This document shows positions 18,689 to 28,492 of a DNA stretch of 35,236 nt, one piece after another. The position numbers and the translations under genes were made by a program. Every line of letters starts with the position of its first letter. The first letter of the stretch is position 1. This stretch comes from Streptosporangiaceae bacterium (GTDB lineage Bacteria > Actinomycetota > Actinomycetes > Streptosporangiales > Streptosporangiaceae): assembly GCA_050698875.1 (NCBI GenBank), contig JBOHCP010000001.1:1-35236 (forward strand). The letters run 5' to 3'. Below the pieces are notes generated by a model. The model did not search any database, was not told the DNA's origin, and saw only the letters and a program-made list of their open reading frames with translations.

Positions 18689-19848
18689 CGACTCCGCACC
18701 GAGCCGCGGTACTCGGCACCGGCCAGACCCACCATCGCAGCAAGCGGCCGGACGTGTCGATCGCCGGACTGTGCCGGGAGGCAGTGGATCGAGCGCTCGC
18801 CGACGCCAGCCTGGACCTGGCGGACATCGACGCGGTGGTTGTCGGCAAGGCGCCGGATTTGTTCGAGGGCGTCATGATGCCGGAGCTGTACCTGGCCGAC
18901 GCGCTCGGCGCCGTGGGCAAGCCGCTGCTGCGGGTGCACACGGCCGGGTCTGTCGGCGGTGCCACCGGTGTCGTGGCCGCGAACCTGGTGCAGGCGGGGC
19001 TGCATAGGCGGGTGCTCGCGGTCGCGTTCGAGAAGCAGTCCGAGTCCAACGCCATGTGGGCACTGTCGATCATGCCGCCGTTCACCATGCCGCTGCTGGC
19101 CGGCGCGGGCGGCTACTTCGCGCCGCACGTCCGCGCCTATATCCGGCGCAGCGGGTCGCCGGCACACGTGGGCGCCATGGTCGCGGTCAAGGACCGCCGG
19201 AACGGTGCGAAGAACCCGTACGCGCACCTGCAACAGCCAGACATCACGCTGGCATCGGTGCTGGCATCGCCCATGCTGTGGGACCCGGTGCGCTACGACG
19301 AGACGTGCCCGTCGTCTGACGGCGCCTGCGCGGTGGTGATCGGCGACCAGGCCGCGGCGGATGCCGCGTCGCGGCCGGTGGCGTGGATCCGCGCCACGTC
19401 GATGCGCACCGAGCCGACCATGTTCTCCGGCAAGGACCACGTCAACCCGCGGGCCGGCGCGGATGGCGCGGCCGCGCTCTGGGCGAAAGCAGGCATCACC
19501 CGGCCGCTGGAGCAGATCGACGTGGCCGAGATCTACGTGCCGTTCTCCTGGTTCGAGCCGATGTGGCTGGAGAACCTCGGCTTCGCCGCACCCGGCGCGG
19601 GGTGGAAGCTGACCGAGGCCGGCGAGACCGAGATCGGCGGGCTCATCCCGGTGAACCCGTCGGGCGGCGTGCTGTGCTCGAATCCTATCGGGGCGTCCGG
19701 GCTGCTGCGGTTCGCCGAGTCGGCCATGCAGGTGATGGGGAAGGCGGGCGAGCACCAGGTGCCTGGCGCGCGTGTCGCGCTGGGGCACGCCTACGGCGGC
19801 GGCTCGCAGTACTTCTCGATGTGGGTCGTCGCGGACACGCCGGACTGA
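18685..19848 (+). CDS. ltp3: SCP-x/thiolase-like lipid-transfer protein, Ltp3-like
   Basis: 387 aa. It has the thiolase-domain C-terminal motifs (NPSGGVLCSNPIGASG, GHAYGGGSQYF). Confidence 0.8.
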   Translation: MTTPHRAAVLGTGQTHHRSKRPDVSIAGLCREAVDRALADASLDLADIDAVVVGKAPDLFEGVMMPELYLADALGAVGKPLLRVHTAGSVGGATGVVAANLVQAGLHRRVLAVAFEKQSESNAMWALSIMPPFTMPLLAGAGGYFAPHVRAYIRRSGSPAHVGAMVAVKDRRNGAKNPYAHLQQPDITLASVLASPMLWDPVRYDETCPSSDGACAVVIGDQAAADAASRPVAWIRATSMRTEPTMFSGKDHVNPRAGADGAAALWAKAGITRPLEQIDVAEIYVPFSWFEPMWLENLGFAAPGAGWKLTEAGETEIGGLIPVNPSGGVLCSNPIGASGLLRFAESAMQVMGKAGEHQVPGARVALGHAYGGGSQYFSMWVVADTPD

Positions 19849-19879
19849 AGCCCACGTACAGGCGTGCGGACCTGTTCGG

Positions 19880-20266
19880 TCAGCGCGGGCAGTGGGCGCG
19901 GTCGTTCACCTCGACGGCGCGGCCATCGGGGTCTTCGACGACGACGCGGCAACCCCACGGCATCTGCTCGTGCTCAGTCAGCACTCTGGCGCCTGCCCGT
20001 CGCAGCGACGCCGTCACCTCGTCGAGGGCATCGACGTAGAAGCCGGGGAAGGTACTGCCCGCGGCGCGACGCGCGGGTGCCCGCCCGCGCTCGTCGGTCG
20101 GGTAGATCGCGAAGTGAACTCCTGCTAGCTCCATAGCAACGTGCACAGGACCTTCGCCGTGGTCCTCGTGCTCAAGATCGAGCCCTATCGCCCGGTAGAA
20201 GTCCGCCGTCTTGTCGGCGTCGGCCGCGAACAAGACGAGCGACGCTATCTCAGTCACGGTAGGCAA
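19880..20266 (-). CDS. VOC/glyoxalase-family protein
   Basis: 128 aa; FYRAIGL..., RVVVEDPDGRAVEV. The start is TTG at 20266 or GTG at 20257. Confidence 0.7.
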   Translation of the reverse strand: MPTVTEIASLVLFAADADKTADFYRAIGLDLEHEDHGEGPVHVAMELAGVHFAIYPTDERGRAPARRAAGSTFPGFYVDALDEVTASLRRAGARVLTEHEQMPWGCRVVVEDPDGRAVEVNDRAHCPR

Positions 20267-20392
20267 TGGTCCTGCGGTCGGCCTGCGTGGTCAACCGCTC
20301 GCCACGACCTGCTCACCGCTCTGTTGGCGCCCATCAGGCGGCGCACGCTCCGTAGGCCAAGCCGCTCGCGTCTGACGTACAAGGCGGGTTCA

Positions 20393-21658
20393 TCAGCGGT
20401 AGGTGACCGGCAGTCGCTTGACGCCGTTGAGCCAGCCCGAGCGCAGCCGTTGCGTGTCGCCTGCCTTGCTGATGTCGGGCATCGCGTCGGCGATCGCGTT
20501 GAAGATCAGGTCGATCTCCAGCCGGGCCAAGTTGGCGCCGAGGCAGTAGTGCGTTCCGCTGCCGCCAAAGCCCACGTGCGGATTCGGGGACCGCAGGATG
20601 TCGAAGCGCGCGGGGTGGTCGAAGATCTCCTCGTCGAAGTTGGCCGACCGGTAGAACAGCCCGACGCGCTGGCCCTTCCTGATGGCCTGCCCGCCGAGCT
20701 CGGTGTCCCGAGTCGCGGTGCGCTGGAACACCGTCACGGGGGTCGACCAGCGGACAATCTCGTCGACGGCGGTCTGCGGGCGCTCGGCCTTGAACAGCTC
20801 CCACTGGTCAGGATGGTCGAGGAAGGCCAGCATGCCGTGCGAGATGGCGTTGCGCGTGGTCTCGTTGCCCGCGACGGCCAGCAGGATGACGAAGAAGCCG
20901 AACTCGTCCGCTGTCAGCTCGTCACCGTCCAGCTCGGCCCGCACCAGCTTGGTGATGATGTCGTCCCGCGGGCAGGCGCGCCGGTCGGCAGCCATGACCA
21001 TGCTGTAGCCGAGTAGCTCAGCCGCGGCGTCCGCATCGCCGCCGGAGTAGTCGGGGTCGTCGTAGCCGACCATCTGGTTGGACCACTCGAAGATCTTGTG
21101 CCGGTCCTCCTGCGGGACACCGAGCAGCTCGGCGATCGCCTGCAGCGGCAGCTCACACGCGACGTCGGTAACGAAGTCGCCGCCGCCCTTGGCGACCGCT
21201 GTCGCCACGATCTGCCCGGCCCTGGCCGCGAGCACGTCGCGCAGGTCGTTGATGGCGCGCGGGGTGAAGCCGCGGGACACGATGCCGCGGACCTTGGTGT
21301 GCTGCGGCGGGTCGGTGTTGAGCATGATCACGCGCTGCATCTCGACCTGCTCGCGGGTGGTGCCGCGAAGGAACCTGACGATCGCGCCGTTTTCCTCGCT
21401 GCTCCAGATTTCGCTGTCCCTGGACACGGCTATGACATCGCGATGCCGGGTGACCGCCCAGAAGCCGTCGTCGCGGAAGCCGATGTCGGTGGGCTGGCTG
21501 TTCCACCAGACCGGGGCGGCGCGGCGCAGCTCGGCCAGCTCTTCCTCCGGCACCCGAACGGCATACAGGTCGGGATCTGTCAGGTCGAGGCCTGGCGCTA
21601 TCCGCGGCGCGGCGAGGGGTCCAGGGGGGTCGTCCCCCCGGGACAGTAGCTGTCCCAT
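20393..21658 (-). CDS. cyp125: cytochrome P450, steroid C26-monooxygenase CYP125-like
   Basis: 421 aa. The heme loop is FGGSGTHYCLGANLARLE, with AVAGNETTRN and the C-terminal motif RLRSGWLNGVKRLPV. It is divergent from fadA5, as in M. tuberculosis. The RBS ggagg lies 8 nt before the ATG at 21658. Confidence 0.9.
   Translation of the reverse strand: MGQLLSRGDDPPGPLAAPRIAPGLDLTDPDLYAVRVPEEELAELRRAAPVWWNSQPTDIGFRDDGFWAVTRHRDVIAVSRDSEIWSSEENGAIVRFLRGTTREQVEMQRVIMLNTDPPQHTKVRGIVSRGFTPRAINDLRDVLAARAGQIVATAVAKGGGDFVTDVACELPLQAIAELLGVPQEDRHKIFEWSNQMVGYDDPDYSGGDADAAAELLGYSMVMAADRRACPRDDIITKLVRAELDGDELTADEFGFFVILLAVAGNETTRNAISHGMLAFLDHPDQWELFKAERPQTAVDEIVRWSTPVTVFQRTATRDTELGGQAIRKGQRVGLFYRSANFDEEIFDHPARFDILRSPNPHVGFGGSGTHYCLGANLARLEIDLIFNAIADAMPDISKAGDTQRLRSGWLNGVKRLPVTYR
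21612..21646. repeat. third copy of the ~35-nt G-run/C-run element, inside codons 5-16 of cyp125
   Basis: gcgaggggtccaGGGGGGtcgtCCCCCCgggacag is 29/35 identical to 13873-13907 by hand alignment. Confidence 0.8.
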
Positions 21659-21674
21659 GACTGGCCTCCGGATC

Positions 21675-21688
21675 TGTAACGTGTTCTA
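21675..21688. promoter_or_regulatory. KstR-type operator (cyp125-proximal)
   Basis: tgtaacgtgttcta fits TnnAACnnGTTnnA. Confidence 0.75.
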
Positions 21689-21742
21689 GTTGGATTGAAG
21701 CACGGGGACGGCCAGCGGTGAACCGCCCGGTGCGAAGCTTTG

Positions 21743-21756
21743 TAGAACACGTTCTA
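21743..21756. promoter_or_regulatory. KstR-type operator (fadA5-proximal)
   Basis: tagaacacgttcta is a perfect 14-bp palindrome identical to the canonical KstR box. Confidence 0.85.
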
Positions 21757-21770
21757 CTATCAAGATCTAG

Positions 21771-23409
<1,639 letters not shown>

Positions 23410-23606
23410 ACCGGAGACGCTGCGTGAATGCCGGCCGCCCGCCGGGGCGCGACCCGGTCCGCGTGCGCCAGCTAGGCACCGCCCGACTCGAGCTGAGCCT
23501 TGGTCAGCACCGGCAGCACCGTCACGACAGCCGCCGCTAGCGCGGTCTTACCGGGCGACGACCGGTCGTTGCGCCGTCAGGCTGACGATCGCGGCGTCGC
23601 GGCAAC

Positions 23607-23630
23607 AATTTGCTCGCAGTCAGGCAAATT
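23607..23630. promoter_or_regulatory. AT-rich inverted repeat upstream of the MFS gene (candidate regulator site)
   Basis: aatttgc-N10-gcaaatt, an unusually AT-rich element in GC-rich surroundings, about 95 nt upstream of the MFS ATG. Confidence 0.35.
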
Positions 23631-23660
23631 TCAGGTCCCCGGGGCGAGATCGCTGAAGTC

Positions 23661-23681
23661 TGACGCTAACGTCAAGGTTAG
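23661..23681. promoter_or_regulatory. overlapping short palindromes upstream of the MFS gene (candidate MerR-type operator/promoter spacer)
   Basis: tgacg-ctaa-cgtca (23661-23674) overlaps ctaac-N6-gttag (23666-23681). A possible -10 tagagt lies at 23679-23684. Confidence 0.3.
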
Positions 23682-23724
23682 AGTTGGAGCGGACGTGTGT
23701 CAGCAGCAGCGATGAGGAGCCCGC

Positions 23725-25536
23725 ATGGCGGTCGACGAGCAGAGCCTCGAATCAGTCCGGGCCCTGCCTGGCCGGGGGAGGCACTACAAGTGGATCGCGC
23801 TGTCGAACACCACGCTCGGCATCCTGATGGTCACCATCAACCAGTCCATCCTGCTGATCTCGCTGCCCGACCTGTTCCGCGGCATCAACCTCAACCCGCT
23901 GGTGCCGTCGAACACCTCCTACTTCCTCTGGGTGTTCATGGGGTTCTTGCTCGTCACGGCGGTGCTGGTGGTGAGCCTGGGCCGGGTCGGCGACATCTAC
24001 GGCCGGGTCAAGATGTACAACCTGGGCTTCGCGGTGTTCACGCTGTTCTCGATCCTGCTGTCGGTGACGTTCCTCACCGGGCCCGCCGGCGCGATCTGGA
24101 TCATCGTCATGCGCGTGTTCCAGGGCGTCGGCGGCGCGTTCTTGTTCGCGAACTCGACCGCGATCCTCACCGACGCGTTCCCGGTCGAAGAGCGCGGCAA
24201 GGCTCTGGGCATCAACGGCATCGCCGGCGTCAGCGGCTCATTCCTCGGCCTGCTGCTGGGCGGCGTGCTAGGGCCGATCGAATGGCGGCTGGTGTTCCTC
24301 GTCTCGGTGCCGTTCGGGCTGTTCGGCACCGTGTGGGCCTACCTGATGCTGAAGGACAACGGCATCCGCATTCCCGCCAAGATCGACTGGCTGGGCAACA
24401 CCCTATTCGCGGCGGGCCTGATCGCGCTGCTGACCGGCATCGTCTACTCGCTGCTGCCCTACGGCGGGCATCCGACCGGCTGGACCAACCCGTGGGTGCT
24501 GGCCGGGGTCTTCGGCGGGATTGCGCTGCTCGCGCTGTTCGGCTGGGTGGAGACCAAGGTGACAGCGCCGATGTTCCGGCTCAGCCTGTTCCGGATCCGG
24601 GCGTTCACCTTCGGCAACATCGCCGCGCTCCTCGGTGCGCTCGGCCGGGGCGGCATCCAGTTCATGCTGATCATCTGGCTACAAGGCATCTGGCTGCCGC
24701 AGCACGGCTACAGCTTCAGCCAGACCCCGCTGTGGGCCGGAATCTCGATGCTGCCGCTGTCGGTCGGCTTCCTGCTCGTCGGCCCGCTGGCGGGCATGCT
24801 GTCCGACCGGCACGGCGTTCGGCTGTTCGCCACCACCGGCCTGGCCGTGTCGGGCGCCGCGTTCCTGCTGCTGGAACTGCTGCCGATCAATTTCAGCTAC
24901 GGGTGGTTCGCGCTGCTCATCTTCCTGTTCGCCGTCGGCATGGGGCTGTTCTTCGCGCCGAACCAGGCCGGCGTCATGAACAGCCTGCCGCCAGACCAGC
25001 GCGGCGCTGGCGCGGGCATGATCAACACCTTCCAGAACTCCGCCACGGTGCTGTCGCTGGGGCTGTTCTTCACCATCGTCACGCTCGGCCTCGCCTCACG
25101 GCTGCCGTCCGCTCTCTACAAGGGCCTGACCGCGTCGGGCGTGCCGGCGCCGGCCGCGCACGCCGTCGCGAACCAGCCGCCGATCGGCAGCCTGTTCTCG
25201 GCGTTCCTGGGCTACAACCCGATCAAGGAGCTACTGGGCCCCACCGGGGTCCTGCAGAAGCTGCCTGCCAGCCAGGCGGCCTATCTCACGAGCCGGTCGT
25301 TCTTCCCGAAGCTGATCGAGGAGCCGTTCGCGGGCGGGCTGCACCTGGCCTTCACGTTCGCTGCGATCGCGACGATCATCGCCATCGTGGCGTCGGCGGT
25401 GCGGGGCAAGCGCTACGTGCACCAGGAGCCGGTATCGGCCGAGGCCCCGGTCGACGTGATCGTGGGTGAGATGGTGACCTATCCGGTGGACGCCGAGCTG
25501 GCGGACGAGCCTGATGCGCGTGGCGAGCGCGGGTAG
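23725..25536 (+). CDS. MFS transporter, DHA2 (EmrB/QacA-like, 14-TMS type) drug/H+ antiporter
   Basis: 603 aa with the RBS gaggag. Motifs: LGRVGDIYGR (motif A-like) and RVFQGVGGAFLFANSTAIL. It has many TM helices and a hydrophilic C-terminal tail. Confidence 0.88.
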   Translation: MAVDEQSLESVRALPGRGRHYKWIALSNTTLGILMVTINQSILLISLPDLFRGINLNPLVPSNTSYFLWVFMGFLLVTAVLVVSLGRVGDIYGRVKMYNLGFAVFTLFSILLSVTFLTGPAGAIWIIVMRVFQGVGGAFLFANSTAILTDAFPVEERGKALGINGIAGVSGSFLGLLLGGVLGPIEWRLVFLVSVPFGLFGTVWAYLMLKDNGIRIPAKIDWLGNTLFAAGLIALLTGIVYSLLPYGGHPTGWTNPWVLAGVFGGIALLALFGWVETKVTAPMFRLSLFRIRAFTFGNIAALLGALGRGGIQFMLIIWLQGIWLPQHGYSFSQTPLWAGISMLPLSVGFLLVGPLAGMLSDRHGVRLFATTGLAVSGAAFLLLELLPINFSYGWFALLIFLFAVGMGLFFAPNQAGVMNSLPPDQRGAGAGMINTFQNSATVLSLGLFFTIVTLGLASRLPSALYKGLTASGVPAPAAHAVANQPPIGSLFSAFLGYNPIKELLGPTGVLQKLPASQAAYLTSRSFFPKLIEEPFAGGLHLAFTFAAIATIIAIVASAVRGKRYVHQEPVSAEAPVDVIVGEMVTYPVDAELADEPDARGERG

Positions 25537-25540
25537 CCGG

Positions 25541-26080
25541 ATGACCGGCACGGCAGGTCAGCCCGGCGTGGTCCGCGAGGACACGCGGGGCAGGGCTGCG
25601 GAGGGCGCCGGCGACGAGGCACACCTGCTCGGCATCGGCGCGGCGGCCGAGCGAGCCGGGGTGTCGCAGCGGGCCCTGCGGTACTACCAGCAGATCGGCC
25701 TGCTGACGCCGTGCGCCTGTACGCCGGGCGGCCTGCGCCGCTACTCCGAGGACGACCTCGCCAGGGTGGCACGCATCCGGCAGTTGCAGGAGCTGCTCGG
25801 ACTCAACCTCGACGAGATAGCCCGAGTGCTGCACGACGAAGACCGGATGGCGCAGATCAAGCGCGCCTATTTCGACGAAGGCACCAGCCGCCACGAACGG
25901 CAGGACCTGCTTCGTGAGAGCCTGGAACTGCAGCACAGCCTCCGCGTGACCGTCGAGGCCAAGCGGAAGGGCATCGAGGGGTTCCTGGCCGAGCTGGATG
26001 CCCGCATCGAGCGGACGCGGGCGCTGCTGGACCAGCCCGCCGGCCTGGCCGCTGCGTCAGGGCGCACGCGCGGATCCTGA
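25541..26080 (+). CDS. MerR-family transcriptional regulator
   Basis: HTH motif IGAAAERAGVSQRALRYYQQIGLL followed by a coiled-coil region. The ATG at 25541 lies just after the MFS stop. An alternative in-frame ATG at 25514 overlaps the MFS gene. Confidence 0.85.
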   Translation: MTGTAGQPGVVREDTRGRAAEGAGDEAHLLGIGAAAERAGVSQRALRYYQQIGLLTPCACTPGGLRRYSEDDLARVARIRQLQELLGLNLDEIARVLHDEDRMAQIKRAYFDEGTSRHERQDLLRESLELQHSLRVTVEAKRKGIEGFLAELDARIERTRALLDQPAGLAAASGRTRGS

Positions 26081-26129
26081 CCCGACCCCGACGAGTCCGT
26101 GCCTGGCCACAGGGTGAGAAGGAGCAACC

Positions 26130-26555
26130 GTGTCCGTGCATCTGCGCAACGCCCCCACGAGGGTCGCGACCGGCGCCTACATCCTGCACTCCGGACTGTC
26201 CAAGTGGAACAACGGCACGGAGGAGCAGGCGAAGGGCCTGCACGCGCTCGCCTGTGGCGCCTACCCCGCCCTGGCGAAGGTTGAGCCAGGAACCTTCCTG
26301 AAGGTGCTCGCTGGCGCGGAGATCGGTATCGGCGCAGCGCTGCTGACACCCTTCATCGGCAACCGGCTCGCGGGCGCGGGGCTGACCGGATTCTCCGGCG
26401 GTCTCATCGGCATGTACCTGCGCACGCCAGCACTGCACGAGCCGGGCAGCATCTGGCCCAGCCGGGCCGGCACCGCGGTCAGCAAGGACATCTGGATGGT
26501 GGGCATCGGTCTCGGACTGCTCGCCGACGGCGGCGCCAGCGACCGCCGACGCTGA
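26130..26555 (+). CDS. small hypothetical membrane protein
   Basis: 141 aa. GTG start with the RBS gagaaggag. There are 3-4 hydrophobic segments and G/C-rich third positions. I recognised no family. Confidence 0.6.
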   Translation: MSVHLRNAPTRVATGAYILHSGLSKWNNGTEEQAKGLHALACGAYPALAKVEPGTFLKVLAGAEIGIGAALLTPFIGNRLAGAGLTGFSGGLIGMYLRTPALHEPGSIWPSRAGTAVSKDIWMVGIGLGLLADGGASDRRR

Positions 26556-26583
26556 CGTCCGCTCGCTGGCGCCGACCCCGCCC

Positions 26584-27123
26584 GTGCCCAGCCTCATCCT
26601 GCTGAACGGTCCGCCTGCGGTGGGCAAGTCGACGCTCGCCCGGATGTACGCGGCCGATCACCCGCTCGCCCTGGATCTGGACATCGACCGGTTGCGTGCG
26701 CAGCTCGGCGGCTGGCGCGAGGATCCCGGCGCGGCCGGGCTGGCCGCGCGACGGATCGCGCTCGCGGCTGCTCGCGCTCACCTGACGGCCGGTCTCGATG
26801 TGGTGATCCCGCAGCTTGTCGCGCGCGTGGAGTTCATCGAGCAGCTGGCGGCCGCTGCGCTGGACTCACGCGCGGTGTTCCGCGAGGTCATGCTGCTGGC
26901 CGAGCGGGACGATCTCCTCGCCAGGTACCGCGAGCGGGTCAGGCAGGAGTCAGCTGCAGGGCTCGAACCCATCACAGCGACCGACCTGACCGATGCGCAG
27001 CTGACAGAGTTCTACCAGCGGCTGCTCCCCGTGCTCGACGCCAGGCCGGGATCAATCCTGATCCGGGCGCGCACCGGGCAGGTGGCGGCGACGTACGGCG
27101 AGCTCGCCGCGCGGTTGCAGTAG
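26584..27123 (+). CDS. small P-loop kinase/ATPase (AAA_33 / chloramphenicol-phosphotransferase-like)
   Basis: 179 aa with the Walker A motif LNGPPAVGKSTLA near the N-terminus. Confidence 0.7.
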   Translation: MPSLILLNGPPAVGKSTLARMYAADHPLALDLDIDRLRAQLGGWREDPGAAGLAARRIALAAARAHLTAGLDVVIPQLVARVEFIEQLAAAALDSRAVFREVMLLAERDDLLARYRERVRQESAAGLEPITATDLTDAQLTEFYQRLLPVLDARPGSILIRARTGQVAATYGELAARLQ

Positions 27124-27270
27124 CGGCATGCCTGGCCGCCAGCCTGCCGCCAGCCGGGTGCGCCCAGACGGCTCTTGCGCTCTCCGCCGCCAGCCGTAAC
27201 GTTCCCGGAACGGTCCGGGCGTAGCGTTTGCCCTGTGAGCGAGGGTCAGCTAGCGGGCGGCCGGGCACCG

Positions 27271-28492
27271 GTGATGATGGATGCCACAGCGCCCAGTCAG
27301 TCACGCCCACGGGGCCGGTGGACCAGCGCGCTGGCGATCGGCCTGCTGGCCGTGGCGGTGGCAGAACTCGCTACTGCGATTGCCGCGGCGCTCGCTGGCC
27401 ATGTCTCGTCGGCCGACGCGGTTGGCAGCTACACGGTGACCAACGGCGCGATGGGCGTGGGCTTCGCGACGTGCGGGGTGCTGCTCGCCTGGCACCGGCC
27501 GCGTAATCCGATCGGGTGGCTGTTCCTGGCCGCCGGAGTTGCCGAGGCGACGTCGGCAGGCGGAGCCCAGCTTCTCTTCCTTGTCGCAAGCGGGGCTGGC
27601 ACGGGCCGACACTCGGAGTGCTGGCCTCGCTGGTGACGCTGGCCTGGCCGCTGGCCATCGGACTGTGCCTGCCCATGACCCTGCTGTTGTTCCCGGATGG
27701 ACGGCCAGCCGGCACACGCTGGCGCTGGACGGTCTGGGCAGCGGCGGTGGAAGGCCTGGTGTTCGAGTTGAGCCTCGCGGCGCCGGGCGCACTGGAACTG
27801 GGTCATCTCCGGGCGTCGCCGTATCTGACGATCCCGTTCTATTACCGTCTGACGGCGCTGTGGACCGCCAGCAATATCGCGTTTGCGACGATCCTCGCTG
27901 GCCATCGGGTCGCTGGTGATCAGGTACCGACGCGGCGACGACACCGAGCGCCGGCAGTTGCTGTGGCTCGTGCTGGCGTGTCTGGTGGTGTTCGGGTATG
28001 CCGGCCTGTGGTGGGGGCTCACCGGCACCGGACCGGTACTGGCGCTGCTCGTGATCCCGTTGATACCGGCTGCGGTGACTGTCGCGATCCTGAAATACCA
28101 GCTGCTGGACATCCGGCTCGTGTTCTCTCCGGACCCTGGCGTAGGCGATCGTGACCGGCCTGCTGGTCGGCGTCTACGCCGGGCTCGTCCTGCTGACTAC
28201 CCAGGGGTTCCGGTTCCATAGCACGGTGGCGGTGGCCGCCGCCACGCTGGCGGCCGCGGCACTATTCAACCCCCTTCGGCGGCGGGTGCAACTCCGGGTG
28301 GACCGGCGATTCAACCGGGCCCGGTACGACGCCGACCAGACCGTGGCCGCGTTCGCTGCGCGGCTGAAAGACGCCGTGGATATGGATTCTGTGCGCGACA
28401 ACCTGGCCAGTGTCGTGCACCAGGCCCTGGAACCAACGCATGTGTCGGTGTGGATCAACGAACCCGGTGAGCTCAGGAGCCCGTCGCAGTGA
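27271..28492 (+). pseudogene. disrupted polytopic membrane protein of the actinobacterial sensor-N-terminal-module type
   Basis: A continuous family-like sequence is spread over four track ORFs in frames 1, 0, 1 and 2 (27175.., 27516.., 27883.., 28151..). The shifts fall near 27590-27600, 27885-27905 and 28127-28130. An in-frame TAG at 28142-28144 sits where SRTLA-Y-AIVTGLLVG would be expected. The C-terminus FNPLRRRVQLRVDRRFNRARYDADQTV is characteristic of the family. Confidence 0.6.

Noticed and set aside
23697-25469. 590-aa ORF in an alternative + frame over the MFS gene
   Set aside because: It gives an Arg/Pro/Gly-rich translation. The 23725 frame gives a textbook DHA2 transporter with an RBS.
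26950-26975. A tRNA T-arm-like string (gggctcgaaccc)
   Set aside because: It lies in-frame inside the P-loop kinase gene. No acceptor or anticodon stems can be drawn around it.
27200-27212. cgttcc-c-ggaacg inverted repeat upstream of the sensor-like pseudogene, superficially GAAC/GTTC-like
   Set aside because: The half-site order and spacing do not fit the KstR box (TAGAAC-NN-GTTCTA). It is a single occurrence next to a dead gene.
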